Assembly: GCA_964522265.1 (NCBI GenBank)
Contig: CAZFVS010000046.1
Coordinates: forward strand, 2,350-7,463
Length of the DNA: 5,114 bases
Direction: 5' to 3'
Source of the DNA: an uncultured Gammaproteobacteria bacterium
Lineage (GTDB): Bacteria; Patescibacteriota; Microgenomatia; Daviesbacterales; UBA10151
Part shown: positions 1-4,704 of the stretch, one piece after another
How positions within the stretch are numbered: position 1 is the stretch's first letter
How the letters are laid out: each line of letters begins with the position of its first letter
Program-made: the position numbers and the translations under genes
The notes under the pieces: generated by a model
Told to the model about the DNA's origin: nothing
The model's database searches: none
Seen by the model: only the letters and a program-made list of their open reading frames with translations

Positions 1-35
1 AATTAATATAACCGGCGCCAGTCCTGTTTGGTTTT

Positions 36-2354
36 TCATGGTTTAGTAGAACTAAGTCCTAATTTACTTTCAGCCTCCTTAACATACTTTTCGAGGAATT
101 TGCTCAGTGTATCTACTCCAAAATCTCCTTGTCCGCCTGGCAGGTCTTTAGGTGCTGAATGATTTTGGTTTGGGTCACCGGTTGTATTTGTACCAAGGTC
201 TGTAGCATATTTACTATCTGTTCTGGCCATATTCGGAGAATTGCTTTTATCACTATCATCATTATCCGAGCTGCTGTTAGAATGTACCCTCCATTGAAGT
301 ATAATCTTATCTGATTTACTTAGGCCACTTGAGCAGAGAAAAAGCCTTCTATAATCCTGGAAGTTTTGCTTACCTCGACTGTCTCTGGTTTCAGTAGCAG
401 TACCATTACCAGCAGCATTAAATATCTTGGCCTCAAGCCTTGGTTTGAGGCCTAAATCAGCTTTAACACAAACATTAGGTGTGCCTTGCATAATCTCGTA
501 ATATTTGGCCAATCTATATCCAACTTTGGCTAAATGATTGGCAGGTTTGAGGTCTTGGACACACTTGACAGGATCAGAAGCTTTAGCGCAACTTTCAGCT
601 GTTTTAATGTTGTTATCAACAATTTGTTTGGTTTTATCAGCTGCTTTTTTAGCATTACCGTCAGTGAACCTTTTTCTATTTGCTGCCAGTTTGTCTCTGA
701 ATTCTTTAAATCTATTGAAAATACTGTTAGCAATACTGCCAGCTAAATCTTGAACACTTGAGCCAATATTTATCCCGCCAAACGGGATCTTAGTTTTATC
801 TTTTTCTGCTTTCTCAAGGGCTATTTTGAAAAGGTCCTTTGGGGTATCAAAAGCCGGATCATCATCTTTTGCGCCAACTGACCTCAGTTGTAGACAGCGG
901 TTTCCTTCTTTAAACCCGTAGCACCAGGCAGTAGTTGGTTTACCCGGAAGGTCTTGGGCAGGCAGGATTTTTGCACCTGTTTCTATGGTGTTTCTCGGAC
1001 AGTCAGCATTGGTGACACAGGTGATAATTTTTTCACTTGTTGGATCAACTCCGTAGTTTTCTTTACTGCAGAACGCATGCCATTTGAGGATAGTATTGGG
1101 AGGGGAGACAGGGTTATCTTTACACCCTTCAGTTTTCCAGTCAGCAGGCGAGACCAGAGCAGAATCTTTTTTTTGATCTGATGTACCAGTGCCACCGGTT
1201 CCGCCTGTTTTTGTTCCGGTGGTAGCAGCGGTAGAGGCTGTAACCCCGCAATTTCCGGGAATTTGACCAAAATTCTTCTTCTCTTCTGTTAGTTTATCTC
1301 CATCCCAAACTCCCCAGATACTCTCTTTGCCTTTGCAGCCGGCGCCTTCTCTTTTTGATTGTCCTGTGGAGGGGACGTCACATTGGCCAGGGATCTGTCC
1401 GAAATTTTGGATCTCTTCAACTAAAATACTACCCATCCAATTCCCCCAAACACTCTCCTTATCTTTGCATCCAGCGCCCACATAAAGCTGCGGGATAGCC
1501 TGGGTAACACCACCTCTTTTAATCGGCTGGCCGTTTGCAGTTGGAGGGGGAATCGGTGGTGGATTAGCGGGTAGTGGAGGAACAGGGCCTGAAAAATCTA
1601 CCTGACAGACCCGGTCTTCGATAGCATCAGAGGTGATTGATCCGTCTGGGCCACATTTATACTGGACCCTGTAGCCATCACTGTAACAACCACCCCGCCA
1701 GCTATCACCTAAAGGAAACCGTCCATAATAAGAGACGCAGTAAAGTGGATGTTTGGCAGCATTACATGTTTCATCACGACGAAGATATTCCGAAATAGTC
1801 CCATCTTCTGAACAGGAATATTCTACTCTAATATTATCACTGGTGCATGGTCCATCCCAGCTTGATCGGGCTGGTTGTAGACCATCAGAAGTAGTACAGA
1901 ATACTTCAGGTTCATAACCGCAATCGGGAACAGCTGATTCGCAACGGACGCTGATGCGAGGTTTAGGTTGCCATTCACAAGCTGTATCTGTGCTTCTTAT
2001 TTCTAAGTTATAACAGCGCGTTCCGTAAGCACAATAATATTCTTCTTCTCTCGATTCGTTTGAACACGATGGTTTGGAGGAGCAATATTGTAGGCAATTG
2101 CTATAGGTTTGCTGAACCAATAGATTACAAAAAGGTTTTGCCTGAGGTGGACTGGCTCTGCAACCACTTTCACCGATCTCCTTCTGAACATCACAAGAGT
2201 CTTGACACTGTATGTTGATCTCCAAAGCTTTTGGTTTTAAGTTGGTCCTCTGCTGGACAAGATAGGTGCCTGCAGCTATGCCTGCCAGTAAAATTAACAG
2301 TACCAGGATTTGGGAAAATCCTTTTTGGGGGCAGACTTTTCTCATGCAATGCAT
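36..2354 (-). CDS. Large (772 aa) cysteine-rich modular secreted/cell-surface protein with pilin-like N-terminal anchor; uncharacterised family
   Basis: Longest ORF in the window (ATG 2354, alternative in-frame ATG 2345; TGA 36-38). The N-terminus is ...QKGF followed by about 20 hydrophobic residues. By hand count there are 34 Cys after the anchor, an even number that fits extracellular disulfides. It has a Pro-rich linker (aa 256-277, nt 1524-1589), a Thr/Gly linker (aa 372-391, nt 1182-1241) and two internal tandem duplications. The C-terminal ~200 aa is paralogous to the neighbouring 287-aa ORF. No catalytic motif recognised. Confidence 0.85.
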   Translation of the reverse strand: MHCMRKVCPQKGFSQILVLLILLAGIAAGTYLVQQRTNLKPKALEINIQCQDSCDVQKEIGESGCRASPPQAKPFCNLLVQQTYSNCLQYCSSKPSCSNESREEEYYCAYGTRCYNLEIRSTDTACEWQPKPRISVRCESAVPDCGYEPEVFCTTSDGLQPARSSWDGPCTSDNIRVEYSCSEDGTISEYLRRDETCNAAKHPLYCVSYYGRFPLGDSWRGGCYSDGYRVQYKCGPDGSITSDAIEDRVCQVDFSGPVPPLPANPPPIPPPTANGQPIKRGGVTQAIPQLYVGAGCKDKESVWGNWMGSILVEEIQNFGQIPGQCDVPSTGQSKREGAGCKGKESIWGVWDGDKLTEEKKNFGQIPGNCGVTASTAATTGTKTGGTGGTGTSDQKKDSALVSPADWKTEGCKDNPVSPPNTILKWHAFCSKENYGVDPTSEKIITCVTNADCPRNTIETGAKILPAQDLPGKPTTAWCYGFKEGNRCLQLRSVGAKDDDPAFDTPKDLFKIALEKAEKDKTKIPFGGINIGSSVQDLAGSIANSIFNRFKEFRDKLAANRKRFTDGNAKKAADKTKQIVDNNIKTAESCAKASDPVKCVQDLKPANHLAKVGYRLAKYYEIMQGTPNVCVKADLGLKPRLEAKIFNAAGNGTATETRDSRGKQNFQDYRRLFLCSSGLSKSDKIILQWRVHSNSSSDNDDSDKSNSPNMARTDSKYATDLGTNTTGDPNQNHSAPKDLPGGQGDFGVDTLSKFLEKYVKEAESKLGLSSTKP
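39..659 (-). other. Paralogous C-terminal domain, copy 1 (772-aa protein, aa ~566-772)
   Basis: It aligns with aa ~111-287 of the 287-aa protein. The core block YRLAKYYEIMQGTPNVCVKADLGLKPRL (nt 435-518) matches YRLAKYYEIMAGATNMCVKADLGLKPRL at 24 of 28. Four Cys are conserved, as are CVQD, LfLCS, WRV and the C-terminal KFL..YV.EAE.K.GL. Confidence 0.8.
1242..1478 (-). repeat. Intragenic tandem duplication: two copies of a 35-aa two-Cys module, period 44 aa, in the 772-aa protein
   Basis: aa 293-327 GAGCKDKESVWGNWMGSILVEEIQNFGQIPGQCDV aligns with aa 337-371 GAGCKGKESIWGVWDGDKLTEEKKNFGQIPGNCGV, with about 24 of 35 residues identical by hand. The DNA copies have diverged mainly at silent and conservative positions. 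Confidence 0.8.
1605..1904 (-). repeat. Intragenic tandem duplication: two copies of a ~47-aa four-Cys module (C-x16-C-x10-C-x15-C) in the 772-aa protein
   Basis: aa 151-197 VFCTTSDGLQPARSSWDGPCTSDNIRVEYSCSEDGTISEYLRRDETC aligns with aa 204-250 LYCVSYYGRFPLGDSWRGGCYSDGYRVQYKCGPDGSITSDAIEDRVC. Cys spacing is identical and about 18 of 47 residues are identical by hand alignment. A degenerate earlier copy may lie at aa ~106-150. Confidence 0.7.
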
Positions 2355-2365
2355 AGTTTGTGAGG

Positions 2366-2617
2366 TTACTGGAATACCGGGTCGTCGCCTTCCGCTTCAG
2401 TATCACAGCCGCCAAAATCATCCTCAAAACACCCCTCATCAGCCGGGGAGCCGGATGGTTGGGGGGTTGTGATAGCTTGCGGTGGGGGGGAAGGGTTGAC
2501 AACCGGGCGTTTAGGTCCAAATGACAGATAGATGATATAAGATATGGCCAGTGCCAATACTAAAATTAAAGTTATCAGTATTATTGGTGAGAAACCCGAC
2601 TGGTTTAATTTTTTCAT
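2366..2617 (-). CDS. Small (83 aa) membrane-anchored protein: pilin-like leader and helix, Pro-rich linker, acidic Cys-containing tail
   Basis: ATG 2617-2615 overlaps the TGA (2616-2614) of the upstream gene as ATGA. TAA at 2368-2366 lies 11 nt before the ATG of the 772-aa gene, so the ORF exactly fills the inter-gene space. The N-terminus MKKLNQSGF + SPIILITLILVLALAISYIIYL matches the leader pattern of two neighbouring proteins. It is followed by PVVNPSPPPQAITTPQPSGSP and an acidic tail, ADEGCFEDDFGGCDTEAEGDDPVFQ. Confidence 0.65.
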   Translation of the reverse strand: MKKLNQSGFSPIILITLILVLALAISYIIYLSFGPKRPVVNPSPPPQAITTPQPSGSPADEGCFEDDFGGCDTEAEGDDPVFQ

Positions 2618-3429
2618 TCTGTCAGCTTTAAGCCTGCCTTTCCCTCCGCTTCGTTAACATAATTTGTCAGTAAAAACTTTTTTACATCGTCTTTAGTTAG
2701 TGTAGCAACTGGCTCGTAGCTTTCCAGAACTCTTGTCATAGTGTAGCCTCCGCCTGCTGCTTCTTTGCCCTCGCCAATCTGCACCACTCTAACCATAGTA
2801 CTTCCGCCTTGCTTACTGTCAGAAAGCACTCTCCAGGTTAAATTTCCATCTTTCTCGCTGCAAAGGTAAAGTCTTCCAAAGTTTCCAATCGCCTTGTTTG
2901 GTTTGTATGGTGTGCCAATTAACCTCGGCTTTAAGCCTAAATCAGCTTTAACACACATATTTGTTGCCCCAGCCATTATTTCATAATATTTCGCCAGCCT
3001 GTAGTCTGTTTTAACTGAATTTTTAGCCTGGTTGATATCCTGGACGCATTTGTCTTTGGTGCTTTCTGCTCCGGGACAGGTTTTATTTTGGTTGTCAGTA
3101 ATTAATTTTTGAGCCGCTGTTTTTGCTGCTTTTGCCTGGTCACTGTTAAAAACATGGCTTAACCTTTTGCATTTTGCTAACTCTTGTGGATTTAACTTTG
3201 CTGGATCGCAATCTCTCAGCCGGGCGGCATAATATTTAAAAGCTTGTGAGATGGAACTCATTTTTTCCTTTAGTATCTCTGCCGGGGTGTCAGGTCCTAC
3301 TTTTACGGTTCCGGTGGGTATAGTGGGTGAAGCTGAGGCAGCCATGGCTTTCGACCCGATACCCAAAACGAAAATGCTTAAAAATAAAACCAGGATGGAA
3401 ACAAAAAACTTAACGCGGGAGATAGGCAT
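2614..3429 (-). CDS. Secreted protein (271 aa from ATG 3429) with classical Sec signal peptide and C-terminal domain paralogous to the 772-aa protein; uncharacterised
   Basis: The ORF track starts it at 3477, but that codon is TTG (caa at 3475-3477 on +). The first ATG (3429-3427) gives MPISRVKFFVSILVLFLSIFVLGIGSKAMA|ASA, with an n-region, an h-region and an AXA cleavage site. It also sits 7 nt downstream of a promoter-like -10. Six Cys lie in the mature part. Residues ~111-287 align with residues ~566-772 of the 772-aa ORF. Confidence 0.8.
   Translation of the reverse strand: MPISRVKFFVSILVLFLSIFVLGIGSKAMAASASPTIPTGTVKVGPDTPAEILKEKMSSISQAFKYYAARLRDCDPAKLNPQELAKCKRLSHVFNSDQAKAAKTAAQKLITDNQNKTCPGAESTKDKCVQDINQAKNSVKTDYRLAKYYEIMAGATNMCVKADLGLKPRLIGTPYKPNKAIGNFGRLYLCSEKDGNLTWRVLSDSKQGGSTMVRVVQIGEGKEAAGGGYTMTRVLESYEPVATLTKDDVKKFLLTNYVNEAEGKAGLKLTE
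2617..3147 (-). other. Paralogous C-terminal domain, copy 2 (287-aa protein, aa ~111-287)
   Basis: See copy 1. The core block lies at nt 2920-3003. A 21-nt stretch, gcctaaatcagctttaacaca, is identical at 2935-2955 and 450-470. Confidence 0.8.
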
Positions 3430-3436
3430 TAAATTA

Positions 3437-3465
3437 ACTTTAAATGAGTCGGTTGTTTTTGTCAA
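3437..3465 (-). promoter_or_regulatory. Sigma70-type promoter for the minus-strand three-gene operon: TTGACA, 17 nt, TAAAGT
   Basis: On the minus strand there is a perfect TTGACA (3465-3460) and a 17-nt spacer (3459-3443). The -10 TAAAGT (3442-3437) matches at 4 of 6, including the T-A....T positions. Seven nt (3436-3430) then lead to ATG 3429-3427. Confidence 0.5.
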
Positions 3466-3477
3466 GCAGGCGCTCAA

Positions 3478-3506
3478 TTGACAAATAAAAATAATACTGG
3501 TCTAAT
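3478..3506 (+). promoter_or_regulatory. Sigma70-type promoter for the 356-aa gene: TTGACA, 17 nt, TGg-TCTAAT
   Basis: Perfect -35 TTGACA at 3478-3483. A 17-nt spacer (3484-3500) ends in TG at 3498-3499, the extended -10 position. The -10 TCTAAT at 3501-3506 matches TATAAT at 5 of 6. The ATG follows 8 nt later. Confidence 0.6.
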
Positions 3507-3514
3507 GGATTTAG

Positions 3515-4585
3515 ATGTATAAAAACCAGAAAGGGTTTATCCAGCTTCTTGCTGTTGTTTTAATCCTGTTGGGGGTAGGGACAGGGGTATATTTGGTGAG
3601 GCAGACAACTGACCTGACTTCTGAAGCAAAAGGTAACACTATCCAGATAATAGACAGCGCGGGGAAGCCGATTACTACTACCCTGACAGCAGAGGTTAAT
3701 GTTAAATTAAAAGCTCCCTGGCCCCCGGTCAGTCCCACACCTTTACCCACACCCACACCGTATACCAGCAACACCTGTCCGACTCCGCCCTCATGTGAAG
3801 GGAATTTAATAATTGGTGATCCTGCTGACCTGTCTCAATGTCCAACTTATCAATGTGCTTCCAGCACAGCTGTTGCCCAAAAACCAAAAACTTCTCCATC
3901 GCCTCTGTTTGGGGTCAGCGTTGTTATGGCTGAAGACCCGAATTTTACGCAGAATGTTATGACTATCCCGTATTATAAAAGCCCTTTGATTACAAAATAT
4001 GTTTTTTCGGGCAAGCCGGGCAAAAAAACTCTATACGCCAAGTTTGAAAAACAGACTGCATCTGCAAAAAAGACAGCATCTGTCAAAGCCCGGCCGTTCC
4101 CTGCTGTTGTCAACCTTACCGGTAAACAAAGTCCGACCCCGACACCAATTTGCAAGGAGGGTGTTAACAGTTTTAGTGTAGGGAAACCATGTGAGGGGGG
4201 AAATTTTACAGGAGCCGCTTATGAATGTTACGATGGTTTGAAAGGCACTTTAGGAGGGGAGACAAGCTGCAAGCCTTCCGAAACCTGGTCAAAATACGCC
4301 GAAGAAGCCTGCATTGGCCGAAGTTCGTGCCCGCCCGAAAAGATCATCTGTGGAGGCAAACTTGGCAAGATCTGTCCGGCAGGATATGTTTGCAAGAGAG
4401 ATACGAGAATCAGGGATGGGGAGGGCTATTGTATTAAAGAATCCCGAGTTTGTGTCCAGGTAATAACCCGGGCCTGTCCGCCTGAAATTTCCGCATATAA
4501 TTCACCTGAGTGTAAAGATTTTCCTACCCCCTGTGATGTGCCTGATGGTTGGAGGGTAGTCCGGAATGAAAGCGCCCCGCAATGA
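3515..4585 (+). CDS. 356-aa cysteine-rich anchored/secreted modular protein with pilin-like N-terminus; uncharacterised
   Basis: ATG 3515 is immediately preceded by an in-frame TAG (3512-3514), so no upstream extension is possible; TGA at 4583-4585. The N-terminus MYKNQKGF + IQLLAVVLILLGVGTGVYLVRQTT is homologous to the 772-aa N-terminus (16 of 34 positions identical by hand alignment, including YLV.Q.T.L...A after the helix). It has Pro/Thr linkers (PWPPVSPTPLPTPTPYTS, SPTPTP) and 18 Cys (even), 14 of them in aa 213-340. Confidence 0.85.
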   Translation: MYKNQKGFIQLLAVVLILLGVGTGVYLVRQTTDLTSEAKGNTIQIIDSAGKPITTTLTAEVNVKLKAPWPPVSPTPLPTPTPYTSNTCPTPPSCEGNLIIGDPADLSQCPTYQCASSTAVAQKPKTSPSPLFGVSVVMAEDPNFTQNVMTIPYYKSPLITKYVFSGKPGKKTLYAKFEKQTASAKKTASVKARPFPAVVNLTGKQSPTPTPICKEGVNSFSVGKPCEGGNFTGAAYECYDGLKGTLGGETSCKPSETWSKYAEEACIGRSSCPPEKIICGGKLGKICPAGYVCKRDTRIRDGEGYCIKESRVCVQVITRACPPEISAYNSPECKDFPTPCDVPDGWRVVRNESAPQ

Positions 4586-4616
4586 TACAGTAACTATTCA
4601 GTTCTTGTCGGCACTT

Positions 4617-4698
4617 CACCTGGAAGGAGTCCATACGGCCACCTTCCAGGTGGGCTCTCTTGTCCCGAGCTTAGCCGAGGGAGACTCCTGGAAGGTGG
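4617..4698 (+). promoter_or_regulatory. Structured intergenic RNA element: three copies of CCTGGAAGG (direct, inverted, direct) giving two mutually exclusive hairpins, the second covering the downstream SD
   Basis: Segments are A = CACCTGGAAGG (4617-4627), B = CCACCTTCCAGGTG (4639-4652) and C = CCTGGAAGGTGG (4687-4698). A pairs with 4642-4652 (11 perfect bp, 14-nt loop). B (4639-4650) pairs with C (12 perfect bp), extendable by 4655-4662 with 4676-4683 (8 bp including 2 G-U). Confidence 0.5.
4692..4698 (+). promoter_or_regulatory. Shine-Dalgarno-like site (AAGGTGG) for the membrane protein gene
   Basis: AAGGTGG matches AAGGAGG at 6 of 7 and ends 6 nt upstream of ATG 4705. It is the only convincing SD in the window. 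Confidence 0.55.
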
Positions 4699-4704
4699 TG
4701 CTAC

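Noticed and set aside
11-22. Imperfect 12-bp palindrome accggcgccagt just downstream of the 772-aa stop, considered as a possible terminator.
   Set aside because: It has no loop and no U-tract and sits 14 nt from the window edge, so the evidence is insufficient.
435-518. Near-identical DNA block shared with 2920..3003 (including 21 identical nt), considered as a diversity-generating retroelement template/variable repeat pair or a mobile repeat.
   Set aside because: Mismatches between the copies are of all base types, not adenine-specific. Both copies are in frame in paralogous proteins, and similarity continues at the protein level well beyond the block. No reverse transcriptase is in the window. 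This is ordinary paralogy.
530-1270. Small ORFs inside or antisense to the 772-aa CDS (530..733 -, 534..746 +, 538..753 +, 954..1181 +, 983..1270 -; also 2003..2194 -).
   Set aside because: All are fully embedded in a long ORF with strong protein-like features (repeats, conserved Cys spacing, a paralogue). Their translations are low-complexity with no start context, so they are frame shadows.
2461-2490. Homopolymer tracts as phase-variation or frameshift sites: G7 (2484-2490) and G6 (2461-2466) on the plus strand, which are C-runs in the 83-aa gene; also T8 (1167-1174), an A8 run in the 772-aa gene at a linker boundary.
   Set aside because: The C-runs simply encode the Pro-rich linker, and the A8 run encodes QKK. 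All are at or below the lengths usually associated with slipped-strand switching. I checked that a +1 shift in the C7 tract does not fuse the 83-aa ORF to the 772-aa frame, because a TGA at 2399-2397 intervenes. They would only merit attention if read-level length heterogeneity is seen.
2191-2520. 109-aa ORF (minus) and 68-aa ORF (2266..2472, plus) spanning the junction of the 83-aa and 772-aa genes.
   Set aside because: They overlap two better-supported genes in other frames and cross the inter-gene gap. The sequences are Arg/Pro/Leu-rich with no motif, no SD and no promoter.
3430-3477. TTG at 3477 as the start of the 287-aa ORF, as given in the ORF track.
   Set aside because: The extra 16 residues (MSACLTKTTDSFKVNL) would precede an otherwise canonical signal peptide. 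The TTG also lies upstream of the TTGACA -35 box that fits ATG 3429. It is kept only as an alternative.
3251-3774. 76-aa ORF (3251..3481 +) and 87-aa ORF (3511..3774 -) antisense to the two signal/anchor regions; likewise 3973..4155 -, 3999..4181 + and 4225..4437 + inside the 356-aa gene.
   Set aside because: They are antisense or off-frame shadows of hydrophobic or Pro-rich coding sequence. The promoter geometry supports the annotated genes, not these ORFs.
36-4585. Alternative genetic code with UGA reassigned, as in some CPR lineages.
   Set aside because: Three of the four complete genes end in TGA at sensible boundaries, including the ATGA overlap at 2614-2617 and the conserved C-terminal motif just before TGA 36-38. 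This fits the standard bacterial code.
4617-4652. The 11-bp perfect hairpin as a canonical intrinsic terminator of the 356-aa gene.
   Set aside because: It is followed by GGGCTCTCTTGTCCC rather than a U-tract, and its 3' arm is also fully complementary to the downstream SD region. It is reported as part of a possible switch; a non-canonical terminator role is not excluded.
4586-4704. The spacer as a small RNA gene (tRNA, SRP/4.5S RNA, tmRNA fragment).
   Set aside because: There is no T-loop (GTTCRANYC-like) or cloverleaf. CCTGGAAGGAG only superficially recalls the SRP GGAA region, and the helix is perfect with a 14-nt loop instead of the SRP asymmetric loops. Only cmscan could settle this.
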